Below, piece by piece: positions 14,098 through 29,217 of a stretch of DNA of 59,857 nucleotides (position 1 is the first letter of the stretch; each line of letters begins with the position of its first letter). Origin of the DNA: Schmidtea nova (lineage: Eukaryota); the NCBI GenBank assembly GCA_044892505.1, contig CM097882.1, forward strand, positions 364,068,144 through 364,128,000. Direction: 5' to 3'. Both the position numbers and the translations under genes were made by a program. Below the pieces are notes generated by a model. It saw nothing but the letters and a program-made list of their open reading frames with translations, did not search any database and was not told the DNA's origin.

Positions 14098-17000
14098 AAT
14101 AAATTTATCAACGCATACACAACCACAGCATCGTTCTTTCTATTGAAAGTTCAGATGAAAATTACAAATAGATAGAACAAGTATTTTTGGAAAGAGGACC
14201 ATCAGATGAAATGTTGTTAAATAATAATTTATCTTTATAGGAAACATTTGTATTGATGATGAAAAAATTGAAAATAATAGTCCAATATCGATGCGAAAAG
14301 AAGCAACAAGAAATGGTTTTATCGAAAGAAGGCAGATCATTGTAAATGTAGTGGTCAAGGGATTACAATATAAAATTCAGGTATAATAATACTCCAGTGA
14401 ACGGCTACTCTAAAGCGCTAGTTAATGCCATAAGAGACACCAAGAATAAAATATAACTCAAATAGTAAATAATAGACAAAGAGTAAAATTGATTTTCGTC
14501 ACTTCTTTTATAAAGTGTTTACATGAAAAAGGTGGTACCAAAAAATTGTGTTGAATAAAAAAATTGATCTATTAATTTAATAAAATGAAAAAATTTTAAT
14601 AGAAAAAGTCAAAAGGGTAAAAGTTGTATTGATAAAATCAATATTTCAAATTGTATTTTATTGATTAGGATGTCACTTTGTTCCTCAATTCTGTCATAAA
14701 TTATAATTTAATATGTCAATTATATATGTTATTACCCATTTATATTTTATTTTATCAAGAAAATCGCATTTATCCATTTGTTTGACACTTTAAAAAGTAA
14801 GTGTCGAAAATTTGTGTAAAATTGGAAACATATTGATTTTTAAACTGAAAAATATGAAATTAACAAATTTACTTTAGTCCAATAGGAAAATTTAATTTTC
14901 TTTTTATTATGTAATAATAATAATAATATTATTATAAGTGTCATTAAATATAATAAATTTTGGAAAAAATTCATTAGTTTTTATACAACTCTTTTTTAAA
15001 GTTTACTGTCTGTTTATGGGTTTCCATGGGAACGTATTTGACAAAAAATTTGTTACAAAAAATATTCATTTTTATATTTAAAATGTATTTGTTATTGCAA
15101 TGAATGACAAAACTCCGATTTGTTTTTTTATGATTGTTTCAAATTTCATAACAAAACTTTTAGATGAATTAGAATATTTATGACACCAACTGGACAGTCA
15201 TTGAGGGTAATTACCTAATAAATAAAATATGCAGTGATCCCATTCTGGGTGAAGTAATATAAATAAATAACTTTTTTGTAGATTGATTTATATATTGGTT
15301 GCTTTGTTTATTTTATTGTTTAAAAAATACGCGTTGATAATTACAGTTATATTTGGTGCTAATATTATCGAAAAGGATGGAAAGCGGCACAGTCAATTCC
15401 ATATTTCATTGAACATTTTGGGGAAGTATCAACTAGTGAGAGTCAGTGTCTGAAGCGGTTTACTCGTTTAAAATCTGGTCACTCAAACTTGAATGACAAT
15501 TCAGATAGGGAGCACTATTGGCGGCTTTAGAAGAGGACAAAGTCTTAGTAACCTGAATCCTAACCAAAAACTTCAAGGTCAACTATTTCACAATTATTCG
15601 GAATTTTGAAAAGATAGGAATTTTGTGAGAAATAACCTTGTGAGTGCTACAAGAATTTGAATAGTCACTGATCTTCAGAGAAATGAAAAAACGCCGTTTT
15701 AAAAAATCTCATCATTGGAGATAAATCTTGGTTAGTTTTCAAAAGTTTCAAAAGAAAGAAGACTAGCATTTCTGTGTGTCAATAACCAAAAAGAATTCAA
15801 ACGTTGTTCATTGAAGGATAGTACTATGATGCATTAATTATTCAACTGGAAATCATTTCTAAAGACTTTTGCTATTCGTAGAATGACAACAATTAGTGTC
15901 AGTAATATCGAATCCCTAAAAAAGATAAATAAAATGTAATTCAATCTCAACAGTGACGTCTATCTATCTCAACTTAACGTAATTATTGTGATAATTAGTT
16001 TTGTTGGTACCATAACTGGATGTTATTTTATGACAACCAAATAATTATTGACTTAACCAATTAATTACCCTCTGCAAGCAACGTTGATGCAGTAACTAAT
16101 GGGCGAAAATACTCGCAAAACGTGAGCGCTGCTACCAGAACTGTAATTGCTTGAGTATTTTATCTGTGTTCACGATCTATCGATAAAAGATTTATGCTCG
16201 ATTTTGATGTATGGTCCTTTTCTTTCGTAACGTTGCTATTCTATTGTGAAATCTCACTTTACATCTATTAATTGTGTCCTGATTTCTAATAGAAACATTA
16301 CGAAAAATACATTTTGCGAGGTACTTTATCATTTAAGTAAATATGCGAATTTAAAGCAATATCATCTTTCCACGACCATTCGTTTCGATATCTCATAGAT
16401 TTTTTAGTAATATAGAAAGATTTCAGACAATACAGGTGAAAGAGAAATGTTGTTGTTATATGTCAATTTTTAGAGAGTTATGTCAATTTTGATTTTTCAG
16501 GGCTCACTGATCCGATATTTGTTTATTATCGACAGAAAAATTATATTATAGTCAGCACATGCTTGGCTGAATTTAAGGGATGCTTAAATCAATTTCTGTT
16601 GCCTTAATTTTGATTTTTGATTTCAGAAAGACTTTGACAGATGTATGAAAAATGAATGTTTCTCGCGTAACCTTGGAAATTTATGGCCTCCGGCAGTACT
16701 TTTATGTGAATTGTTGTGGTGAGCTTTAAATAAATGTATTTCATTTTGTTTTGTTCTTTTTATTTTTTAATTGATTTAATTTTAATTAAATAACTAAACG
16801 TTTTAATGCATGAAACGATGCTCGATAAGTCAAATTATTTGTGAACTTGAAAGTGAAATGATAACCTTATTGATTTTCAAACTCTTTAAGGAAAACATTT
16901 CATATTTCAATCGACACAACAATATAGGAAATTTTAAAAACTCCAAGACTTTTATCATTTGATATTATTCTCACATTCTTTTTGTTTCCTTTTATAAAAT

Positions 17001-17830
17001 CACTGACATGTCATGTATGTTTTTAAATTTTACAAGAAGATTTTACTTTGAACAAAAACTAAGAAATTTCAACTAAAATAAATTTAATTATTATAAAGTC
17101 TTGTGGATCTTTGCTCATGCCATTCTCTCTCATCTGCGAAGAAAATGAGGCCGAGATTGAGGGACGCTTTGACAGCATGGGTTTGGACAGTGAAAGAGAA
17201 TCCACTCTGCACACGTTAGTCCACACTGACTACCTGCATTGTAACAAACTGGGAATGCTACAGTGAGATTACAACTCATAAGATCAAGAAATCAACGCAA
17301 AAAAAATATTAAAAGAAATTTCATTTTAATGCATCTAGTCTGAAATTAATCGAATCGAGAATTTTTCTGATCGAACATTTTCTATTAGACTAAAATATCA
17401 TTACATAGACCACCGGGGTATGGCCGGTGTCAAAAAATAAAAAGCTTGGTGAGCCGAGCAAATCTTCCAAACCGACTTAATATGATGCCGAAGTGGAGAA
17501 GTCTCTCCCAAAATATCATAAGAATTTTGGTAGCAGGGTGTCTCACCTGTTGACTGTCCACGAATGCTGAAAGTGTCAAATTGTGTTTAACAATGTGTTC
17601 AAAAGTTGTCTTGAAAAAATTGTGTTTAAAACAAACTTAGCTTCAAATTATGCTTAAAATGTCTGAAAATGACACTGTTATTTATATCATTTTCAGATCA
17701 TTTTATATTTTTGATGCATTAAAACACACTTTTTGCAATTTTCATGTTTATTTTCATTTAATTTAATTAAAATTCAAAAATTTTATTTTTTAATAAAATA
17801 AATTTTTATTAACGTCTAAAATTTAAGCTA

Positions 17831-18417
17831 TTATTTTAATAAATTTTATTTTTACTAAAATATTATATCTTACCTAAGTTTTAACCATTTTAATTCTAAT
17901 TTTTATTTTTATTTATTTTTACCATATATTTCTATGTTTTTGTATTTATATTAGAAAATTTAAGAAAGATTATTTATAAAACTTTTGAATTTTTTATAAT
18001 TACCTAATTCTTTAAGAGTTTTTTATTGAATTGATTTGTTTGTGTTTTTCTCGTGCTAACTTCGTACATTTTGTTTAGTTTATTTTTACTTTTGGTTTGA
18101 ATTAATTTTAATAGCTATTAATTCTAGTAGCAATTATTTTAATAAATTTTATTTTTACTAAAATATTATATTTTACATAAGTTTTAACCATTTTAATTCT
18201 AATTTTTATTTTTATTTATTTTTACCATATATTTCTATATGTTTTTTGTATTTATATTGGAAAAATTTAGAAAGATTATTTATAAAACTTTTGAATTTTT
18301 TATAATTATCTAATTCTTTAAGAGTTTTTTATTGAATTGCTTTGTTTGTGTTTTTCTCGTGCTAACTTCGTACAATTTGTTTAGTTTATTTTTATTTTTG
18401 TTTGAATTAATTTTTTC
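17831..18417. repeat. Tandem duplication of an AT-rich unit of about 300 bp
   Basis: TTATTTTAATAAATTTTATTTTTACTAAAATATTATA...TTTGAATTAATTTT occurs twice, about 304 bp apart. Confidence 0.85.
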
Positions 18418-19404
18418 GGTAAGTGCCGGTTTTGATACTATTTTGAATTTTTAATACTATTTTGAATTTTTAACACTATTTAGAAATCAATTTAAATTAT
18501 GCAAATAAATAGATGTATATAAGTACATGTCTGTAAATATAATATATTAACATACATTACCGATGGTGCGCTTATCAACATTCTACATCGTTGAACCAAA
18601 CTCCATTTTTCAAGATACCGATCTTTTTTCACTTAAACTAAATGAGCTATACTTGAATGAGATATTTTCTGATGTGGAACGCCAGATTAAATGGCTTGCG
18701 CGGTGCAAGTTGATCAAGAATATGCATCTTTGCCGCCACTGCAATGATGACAAATACTTGCGTTTGGTCCGAAGAACATCCTCGACTGATGGTTTCTACT
18801 GGAAATGCAATGCAACATGCAAACACACGGCCTCGATCCGAGCCGGAAGTGTATTTGACAATATTAATATGACATTTGAGAAAGTCATTAAAGCCATTTA
18901 CAAGTATACAAATGGCGCAAAAGGCTGCATACGCTTTTGAAAATTCTACAGGTTTTGGACGTGAAATGATGTTAATTTTATTTCCTACTGGTTAGTAAAT
19001 AGTTGAATTTATGGATGAATGTAACTATATACAATTTAGTTAATGTATGTTAATATATTATATTTACAGGCGTCTACTTATATACTTATTTCTTATACTT
19101 ATGGCGCAAAAGGCTGCATACGCTTTTGAAAATCTACAGGTTTTGGACGTGAAATGATGTTAATTTTATTTCCTACTTGTTAGTAAATAGTTGAATTTAT
19201 GGATGAATGTAACTATATACAATTTAGTTAATGTATGTTAATATATTATATTTACAGGCATGTACTTATATACTTATTTCTTATACTTATGTACTTATTT
19301 CTAAATAGTATTAAAAATTCAAAATAGTATTAAAAATTCAAAATAGTATTAAAAATTCAAAATAGTATTAAAAATTCAAAATAGTATCAAAACCGGCACT
19401 TACC
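18418..19404 (+). mobile_element. Merlin (IS1595/ISXO2-like) internally deleted DNA transposon
   Basis: TIR GGTAAGTGCCGGTTTTGATACTAT with 21-bp tandem subunits; 8-bp TSD ATTTTTTC; internal tandem duplication of about 189 bp (18912-19290). Confidence 0.85.
18563..18940 (+). pseudogene. N-terminal zinc-finger part of a Merlin transposase (DDE domain missing)
   Basis: CRHC...DGFYWKC-x3-C-x4-SIRAGSVF motif typical of Merlin/ISXO2 N-termini. Confidence 0.75.
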
Positions 19405-20734
19405 ATTTTTTCCTATATGTTGTTGATTATTTTTGTTTACTTGTAGTTTTGCTCAATTATTTGAGTATACTTCATGCATTTTGGATAGATGTTGTGTTTT
19501 ACACCTGATGTCCATAGTAAAAATCAATTTTTGCTCAACAGTGTAAACAAATTTGTACATTATTAATTAATTAGTTAATAAATCTAAATTAGCAATTTCT
19601 ATGAATCCTTGTCGATTTAAAAATATAATATTTGTTTATATATTTTCATTTGTCTCCTGCTTCCAACTTTTACCCGAAAAATATTGCTTTTTTACATTTT
19701 TCATTTTATTAGATAATATTTAGGTTAATTTTGAAAATGTTTTGTATAATCCTAACAACAACAATAATGAAAAATATTTGTCAAATGACTGTTTGTTTTT
19801 TAACAAGTAATAAATGGTAAAGCTTTGTGATACTCAGCGCAAAACCTCAATTGGAGTCTAGTCTCGAGTTTTTAGCTCACATCTATGCTATGCATGTGAC
19901 GCAAAAATTGTTCTTTGTGCCAGGTAAGTATAAAAGAAGTTGGAACAACTTTATTAAATACTATTCCTGGTACACTGTATATCACATAAATTGAAAAACT
20001 CACTTGAAATAATAATATTTCTTTGGCCATAACTTAGAGAAATATTAATGAGAACATTTGAATGTTTCAAGTAATTCTTCATAATCCAAGCGGAACCACT
20101 ACAAGTAAAGATTGTCATTTCTCTAATCCTGACCACAGAAATAGTGTTTTGGGCCAACCGATATCGAAATTTTTTTCAAGTTCTTTTATTTAATATTTTC
20201 TACTGCCAAATCGAAGACATCGTGGCTTTTTGTTGTTTAATTCAACTATGAACAGAACGAGAATTTATTTTTAATCTTTCAGTCTGTTATGAATCTGATA
20301 AAAGCAATAACTTGAGATTTATGTAGTTTGAGCTTGCTCGGAGCTATCGATAAATTTTACAAATTTTTGTTATAGGCCACGCAAAACGTAGACTCTCCAT
20401 CTGCAGAGCAAACAAAATCTTATAGGGTGTAATCATCATTGTAATTTTGTTTCTTCTCAGGAAACGCTTCAGTTAGACGGTTTGCTTTCTGATTCCTTTG
20501 AGTTTATCACCTATTTATTCATTTCTAAAATCTAAAATTCATTTGTTGAAAAGGAAATTTTGGCTATTTTGTACTATTGGAAAGAGACTTTTTAATTGAA
20601 CTAATTAATAAGTGATATAAAAATAAAATTATTAATTATGCTTTCAATTAAATTAAATTTAGAAATTAAAGTCAATAAAATAAAATTTGATTAAATTAGA
20701 AAAAAACAAAAACAACAAAACAAATGAAGTTACC

Positions 20735-20975
20735 GGTTTGACACTTGTTTATCGCCATTCATACAGCCGTGATCTGGCACCGAGTGATTTCTGGTTTTTC
20801 CGACACATCAAGATACATTTACGAGAAACAACGTTTGCAACAAAGGAGGATCTGAAAGCTGTGCAGAATTTTTTTTGTCAAGTGCTCACACGATTTCTTT
20901 AAAAATACCTTTGCTGAATTAGTTTCATGTTGGCAGAAATGTGAGGACTTAATGAAAGTTATGTTGAAAAGTAGT
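20735..20975 (+). pseudogene. mariner transposase C-terminal relic
   Basis: YSRDLAPSDFWFF matches the mariner YSPDLAPSDF motif; degenerate WQKC...YVEK end. Confidence 0.8.
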
Positions 20976-21837
20976 TCCTATATATGTTAGTGTTCTTTCA
21001 TAAAAAACTATGTTAATATAACATTGTTTTCTGTCTTAGGTCAGGTACTTATTGAAAGTGCCACAATTGTACGATTAAATAAGTTATTATACTAATTTTA
21101 ATAAGCAGTGTGTTTTTAGTTTCAATAAAAAAGTGTAAAAGTAGTTCGGAATGGTCAAATTGAGAAAAGCCTACATTCAAATTTACTAAATTTAACTAAA
21201 AAAGATGCCACTACAATCAATAAAATTTGAACTGAATCAATAATCTGAAAATAATCTGCAGTACAAACATAATTATCAATAACCGTCAAATCATATTTTT
21301 GATGCATATAAAGGTATTCAATTCAAAGATAATGAAAGCTGGGAAATTAATAAGGATACAGAACTGATTCAAGTAATGTATTTTTTTGTTTATTGTGTGT
21401 TGTTTGTGTGATGTGATTTTCCCCTCCTTGGATTATATTTTGGGAATAATTGTAATTATAATAAAACTTACAATTAAATTATAATACAAGAAAATTCAAA
21501 ATATAAAAAAAATCAATATCAAGAAATAAAGAATAAACTAGAGAACTGGAAATATCTAAGCAAGAATTAAAAAATGAAATTTATTTTTTTGAATTTAATA
21601 ACCTATGGAAACGATATAAGAAGACGAATTGCTTTTGGAATCGACAAAAATTGAGATGGCCACGATCGTTGACAAAATTTGATTTGGAATGAACGGTGAA
21701 TCAATTGATCTCTAAATTTCAAGTATTCATATTATAGTGAGTAACTTTAACTTTTCGTTTTAATTGAAATACAGTTCAATTGTTAACTTGTATTTTGTTA
21801 ATTATTACATAGAATACATTCTAAAGCGCACAAAAAT

Positions 21838-21889
<52 letters not shown>

Positions 21890-21894
<5 letters not shown>

Positions 21895-24800
21895 GGCAAA
21901 AACTACAAATTGTTTTAATAAAGCGATAACCCCATAGGTAGAAAGCGCGCAAGATTCCATTTTAACGCAAGCATCCTTTAAAAATCCAAACGGTTAAGCG
22001 GAAAACACCAAAAGGTGAAGTGGACTCAAAACACATGAACCAGTAGAGAACGCGCTAGCTGTGAGTCTGGAAGCCCTTACACTGAAACCTCGAGAAAAAT
22101 CAAATGACATCAAAAGAAGAACGTTTGAAAGTTAGAATAGGCAGAAAACCCATTGAAAATACCCATAAAAACGGAATTGTGTTATAAAACCTTCAGTGCA
22201 GGAAAAATTAACAAAATTTTAGAAGAAAATTGTGATTTTATCAAAATATTTCACATTTCCCACAAAAAGAACTAATATTGATCGAAATATCGTAAATTAA
22301 ATCAAATCGAACAAATTTCGATTCAAAAATAAAAATTTTGAATTAAAATAAATTATTTGTGTTTTATAAAAAATTATTACACAAAAAATATGGATTTAAT
22401 TTTCGGAAAATCATTAGAATTAAATTAGAAAAATTAAAAAGAAAATTCTGGAACAATGTTTTGTTTTATTACACTAGTGAAGGTAACGCAAAATCGATGG
22501 TATATATACCGCCATCAAAATGACAATAATCAGAATTTGTGGAAATAAATTTTTTCTTTTAGAATTTTGAGAGAATTTTAGGGAAAATTTTTTCAATAAT
22601 CAGAATTTTGTAGAAGAATTTTTGAGTTTGTCAGAATTTATCGAAGTTGAATCGAATTTGCGAGATTTTCAACTAGAAAGAATTTTATCAGAATTTGCGA
22701 GATTTTGGGAGAAATTTGTGAAATCCTTTTTTAACAAATTCTTGAACTCCAAATTTTCGGAAGCATTGGTAAGCAGCAATTTTTATTTTTGTCCGGCGTG
22801 GGGTCACTGAACCTCATGCCCTCTCAGTTACCCCGTACCTGGTGTTATTTTATTATTGTAAATTTTATGTATTGATGTTATATTTATTTATCAATTTTAA
22901 TCTAAAATATTAAATGAAAGTTAATTTTTTTTTGGTTTCATTATTTAATCATGTTACAAATTCCCAGATCTAACTAAAATTTATTTTAATATTTACTGCA
23001 CAAAAATAAATAATTTTTTTTTGTTTCCGTACCCCCTGAAGCCTGTGTCTGGCCTTGTGCCGATCGGGTGGAAGTAGCCTGAGCGGATCACTGGTTCGAT
23101 TCGTAATCGATCAGCCCATATTTCCGAGTCCAGGTGAATAGCCTAAACATCCATGATCACTTCATCCCAACTGGGAAACAGTGGCTTGGCCAAAGGCAAG
23201 TTGTTATATTAATGATATTTGATTTATAATAAATGTAGTTTATCTGAATTTATAATTTCTGACATATTCATCATTTAAAAATTAATACCACATGTAAACG
23301 TAAAGACGATTTTCTCCAGTAATGTCTTTTCCATTATAAAAATTTAATTGGTGCAAGAATATTTTACTCGTCCTTCGCCTTCACCTTCACAATAATTTTC
23401 TCCTCGTCCAAGATCCAGAATATTAAAAACCAATATTGAAAAGGAAATCGTTCGAACTAATGCTCAAATCCGATGGAATAATAACGAAACCGAAATTAAC
23501 TTTACTCGACGTCAAGAATTATTCTTTGAAAAATTTATAACTTATTTTATTTTTATTTTTTTTCAGTATATAAAACTTTTTAGATTGAATGATTATTTGG
23601 ATTGCGAAATTCGTAGAAAAAATTTCTTATCATGATTTGGATTTCGTTTTTGATCATAAAAATTTGCTTTTTATTATATTACGAAAATTTATAATGAAAA
23701 AAATTGTGAACCAAAAATTTTCCTAAGAATTTGCACATCGAAAACTATATCGAACCCCATAAAAATTAGAAACCGAAAATATTGTTATTATATAAAAGAT
23801 TTTCATTTCAAAAAAAAATTCCAGAGAATTGGTAAATTAAAAATTATATCAAAACCCATAAAAATTTTAAATCGAAAATATCATTATTATATTGAAAATT
23901 TTATCATTTTATAAAATTCAAAAATTTCGAAATTTCATAGGAAAAATTTTACTATTAATATATATATTCTGAAAATATAAAAATTTGAATTTAAAAATGA
24001 ATATTATAAAAATTAGAAATTTTATTATTATATTACTTTCATAAAATTATAAATTTGAAATTTATAAAAAGTATTATAAAAATAATCATTATTATTTTAA
24101 TTCTAAAAATATTTTTTTTTATATATAATTTATATATATAGTATATTATAACTACCCCCACGATATCTCAAAATCATAATGCATCCCTATTTGCAAAAAC
24201 TTACATCCATTGCATTCATTAGCAACACCCATATATAATACCATACAAAAATTCATTCAAATATCAACACACATACTATATCGTTTCACTCAATAGTACC
24301 TAACTGCATCAAAACCCATAAAATACACACCCAAAAATTCATTTGATAACGTGTGTCTGCATCACACATCCAGAAAAACCATACAAAAATTTCATTCACT
24401 TACATCTATCATTCAACCATACCATCTATAAAATTAAATATACTCGGCCAAACTTAGTACAATCAAACAGGCCAATTACATTATAGTTTATTTTACTTTC
24501 CCATTTACAAAAAATTACATAAAAATAATAATTAACAAACGAAAAAGAATAAAAACAAAATAACAATATCTAAAAATTTATTGATCAAAATTGACGGCCT
24601 TCAAAAATCTCCGACAAGGATTTTTCCTGTTTGTAGTTCTTGAAAGGAAGGTTCCAATGGATTCTCTTTAAAAATTCTTTCTAAAATTGTCGTAGATAAA
24701 TTATAATTCTCAAATAATCAAAATTTTACCTTGTCGACAAAGTTGGCAATTTTGCTTCGTAGGAGCTGGAATTCCAGTTTTTTTACCCATTTCGAATAGG

Positions 24801-25490
24801 AGAATTCTTCTCTGACTTCATAGCTGCTGGGGATATCCATCTTTTGTTGGTCTGATCCTTAAAAATCATTATTTAATAAATTTAGTAAAATAATTCAAAA
24901 ACTTACATTTAAAATCGATATAATTTTTGAATTGGATTAATTTGTTTTTAGATTAAAGTAGTAATTTTAAACAAAAGGAAACTTTATTTTTATTATTTCT
25001 AAACTTGATAAGATTACTGTAATAATTAAAGTTTTTCTTAAATTTCAAATGCAGATTAAATTTTTTCTATAAAAATAAAATATTTTATGTATTAACTATC
25101 ATAAATTGCAATATTAGTAAAATTTAAGGTTATGCTAGTGTTTTTGATGTTCGGAATAATTTATCTGGATGCAATAATAAATTTTTAGTTATGTAGAATG
25201 TTTATGTTGAATTTTCGATAAAATTTTGTTGAATGCTTGTAGTTAAATAGTGTGAGAAGGGACAGAAATGGGCATTAAACCTTCTATCGGTAGCCCTTGG
25301 ACCCAGGAGATATTCGGTCAATCATAGTTTCGTATTGACGACGCTCACTGATTGCGAATACCCACCCACTTGTTACAGTACCAACGTTACATAGTGACGG
25401 GTGACAAGATGGTTATTTCAATGTTTTATGTGTTGAGTTGTTGATGAAAGCCATAGCAACGTCAAGGTCATATTGACGATCAACAACCCA

Positions 25491-25494
<4 letters not shown>
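21890..25494. mobile_element. Unclassified insertion of about 3.6 kb flanked by (TA)n
   Basis: Begins TGTTGGG directly after (TA)n and ends AACAACCCACCAA directly before (TA)n; no intact ORF; right end ambiguous. Confidence 0.35.

Positions 25495-25578
<84 letters not shown>
25495..25578. repeat. (TA)n microsatellite
   Basis: Direct reading. Confidence 0.97.
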
Positions 25579-25583
<5 letters not shown>

Positions 25584-26458
25584 GGTTATTAGTGTGAAGT
25601 CGGTAGTTTCTGACTCCGGTGTTCTCTTTCAATTACAAAAAAACAAAACCCAACACAATGACTTTCTTAATTTTTCAAATGATCACAACTCTGTTTATCA
25701 CAAAAAGTTACTCGGGCTCTGCACTCTTTGCGTGAGGGTAGAACACCCAATGGGATATCTCCCTCTCTGGTACGCAAAAGATTAAGTTCAAGTTCTACCT
25801 TTGATTTCCTTTGAGCGTCTCCTCCGAATATTTTCTAACGGTTTGAGATTCACTTTACGCCTAAAATTTATCTACGACCAACTGGCGATTTCTGTACTAT
25901 GCTCTCCGTTTTTATACCATCTTTGTGTTGCCATTCTGTCGGTGTAATTGGATATTATCAAATCCGCTCGGTTGAAATCGGATCTGATTAGCCCTGCTTG
26001 GATCTTTGCCGTTTATGTTTTTCCGGCTCTCCCCGGGGCATTCAATTTAATTCGATAGTTTAATGACCTCACTGATGCCCCGGGTTTCCCACATCGCTCG
26101 GATGTCCTACTAGCTCGGGTTTCCCACATCGCTCGGATGTCCTACTAGCTCGGGTTTCCCATTAACTCGGGTTTCCCATTAGCTCGGGTTTCCCATTAGC
26201 TTGGGCTTCCTATAGAATAATTAATTATTTTAATTACTTTGTATTTTCTAATTATTTCCTTCTGGGGGCCCCTTTTTATTTTTATATACCCATATTCGAA
26301 TTCGTCTCATCGTTTGGCATCCTCCCATACCAGTTTCCCCCTCTCAAACTTTATTTTAATTTAATTTTTAATTAATGTTTGAACATTAATTATTATTTTT
26401 CCAATTTTCTTTTGTATTTTTATTAAATTTATTTTCTGTGATTATAACAACCCCAACA
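25579..26458. mobile_element. Probable solo LTR (880 bp) inserted in (TA)n
   Basis: TGTTGGG...CCCAACA 7-bp inverted termini (TG...CA); TA repeats on both sides; internal minisatellite GGGTTTCCCA... at about 26082-26200. Confidence 0.6.
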
Positions 26459-28019
26459 TATACATATATATATATATTCTAACACAACACGCAACCCAGC
26501 TCTCCCGATACATTTTAAATGAGACTAGGCTGGGTTCAACAGTAATAAAAACATCAATAGTAACCACTCAAGGTTATGGAGTTATTTGTAGTGTAGTATT
26601 GCCAGTTTACCAGTATCCAAATGGTCTAAATTTAACGGTATTTTAGTAAAGTTTTGTATTAAATTTTAAACTTTTAGAAATAATAATAAGGTAAGAAAAT
26701 AAAAAGCATAAGATAAACTTCTTTTCTGTGATATATTATTATTTTTAATTTATTTATTTATTTATATTTGTTAAATTTTGAATCTTTTAAATTATCTGAT
26801 ATCGCGCACTCCATAATTTTTAGTATATCAGAAAAAATCACTGAAAGTAAAACCTTTTTTATATTTTTATTACTTATTTATATTGCCAAATTCAAATTAC
26901 ATTTTTTTAAGAAAATAGATAGCCTAGTTATGTTTACTGGAAAGAACATATTGTGGAATCATTTTATACGTACAAAAAAATGGATATTCAACTGTATGCA
27001 AAGGACGCAAAAAAGAAAAATGGCTCCGTTGGAAACACTGTTTTCAGCATTTTCGTTACAAATCGTTTTTATTCTCGATTTTCAATTTTTACATTGAAAT
27101 AAAAATGATTGACGACTCAGTTCTAGCTGTTTTTCGCTATTGTCGGCACGAGATTGCTTGCAATTTAAAAAGCTTTTCACATAATACGATCTCCATGATT
27201 AGTTTTTATTATTAAATCTTCATTTATCCTTTTAAATGTACTTCTTTATAAAGAACGAATCTCGGAATTTTTAACCAGTCAAAATGACTGCTGTGGTAGT
27301 CCTAGTCTAAACTGTATATAAAGACTAGGCATAAGTTGTATGCATTAATTTAAATTTAAATGAAATTTTACTGAAAGTCAATATTGACAAAAGCACTTTT
27401 TTATTAAATTCTTAACAGCTTTATAAATCATAAACAACTGCATAAACAAAAGATATGAAATATTAATCTATTTGAAATACAAATTCAAAAGGCTCAAAAA
27501 ATTTCTCTGCACTCATAAAAAACTACTGTACATTTTGCACAGTGAAACGATTATTAGAATAAATTAGATTTTTTATTGATATCAAAATGAAGAGAAAGAA
27601 AAATCCTTACACTACTTGAAAGTTTAAACTAAATTTCCTTTATTTTTTCAGACTATCAATCAATATTTTGTTTAAAAATCGTGTTAAATTTAAAACAAAA
27701 TAATGATCTATCATCTGGAAAGAAATGAAGATTTATACATTGAATATATATTTAATTACATTGATTTAAAGAATTTTTAAATAAAATTAACAAAAATAAA
27801 AAACTTCAATTATAATTTGTATACTTTTCATCAGTTTATTTATTCATAAATTCTGTGGAGATAATAAAAAGATTTCACAGTTTCTCGTCATTAGACCAGT
27901 TCACCCAATTATTGAGATTCCTAATATTTGGTTATATTATTAGCTACCACATACGGCATTCTTATTCAACTACTAGATTAGGGAATAATTTTTAAATTAA
28001 TTATAGAAAATATCTGATA

Positions 28020-29060
28020 TTTTGGGTTATTGGATTTTTGGTGAAATATAAATTAACCAATTAATTTTCTGACTCCAAGCGTGCTTTATTTGACCCACAA
28101 AAACAATTTTCAAATAATATAAACCTTTATTGATTATCACAAATGGCTACACAAATTACAATGACACGACCAATTCAATATCACCACAGATGATCATACA
28201 GTGCTTGTTACGACACTTTGTAAAGAATTGCACTAATGTATAATACCTAAAATTTAATGATCACTTACTACTGACTTAGATTCAATAATTGGCAAATTGA
28301 TCTGGTTTTTATCTTACTTTGAGTTAATTAATTTACTTGATAAGCTTCGGCGATTGTTTATTCTGTTAGTCCTTGTTTTGCTACATTTAACTTAATCTTC
28401 TCTAATTTTCCTTTGATTACGTTTTCCAATAATTAAACTCTATTATGACTAAGCAAATTTCTTTATCAATTTTCTTTATTACAATTCTTGTTTTCCAATT
28501 TATTTAATTTTCTTCAATTTGCTATCTCTCTTTTCTATTCAAATTTAATTTCTCTTTAATCTAATTTCTTCAAAATTTTAATTTCTCAAATTTTTAAATT
28601 CTAATTCATCTGTTCTGGTTTCTCCCTTTTATAGTTTATGCCTCTCTAAGTACTTAAGAATATTTTTACCATTTCTTTGCCTCCAGCATACTCCTTACTT
28701 TCTTCATAGCTCCTGCATTATCTCTGACAGCTGTCCGGATATGTCATTCTTTTCGTTTTGTTGTTCCGACTTTTCTTCCGCGTTCTTGTTATTTCTGAAA
28801 AGCTGTCAAAATATGAATCTTTCTCTTGTTTTTGCTTTCAATTTTGAAATTTTTTCCCCTTTTGTACTTGTCTTACTTTTACTTTATTGTTTGATTTCTT
28901 TAATTTTGCAAAAATCTTCTCATTTTTTAATTTTTTACTCTCGTTCCTTTTTCTTCGAATTCCATAACATCACACTGTTCACTCTAAAAATTTCCCCCTA
29001 ATCATTTTATTAATTTATGGTATTATTTAATCTTATTATTTAGGTATCCCCAACAGATGA
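28020..29060. repeat. Old repeat family with a diverged inverted copy at about 32080-32780
   Basis: Shared blocks such as TCTGACTCCAAGCGTGCTTTATTTGA, AAACCTTTATTGATTATCAC and TTATTATTTAGGTATCC occur in inverted orientation; no intact ORF. Confidence 0.55.
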
Positions 29061-29217
29061 GACATTTGATAAGGTTAGTTGAATTAAATTGTGAGGATTG
29101 TTTCTAAAAATAATTCACTTTAAAATGTTGATAAATTTAGAGCAAGCATAAGATGATGTTTCTCCATCAATTATTTAAAACGGTTTTACACATGCAGGAT
29201 TTAATCTTGTTGTAAAT

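Noticed and set aside
23070-23105. tRNA A-box and B-box-like words (TAGCCTGAGCGG, GGTTCGATTC)
   Set aside because: The boxes are too close together and no cloverleaf forms; at most a SINE-like remnant.
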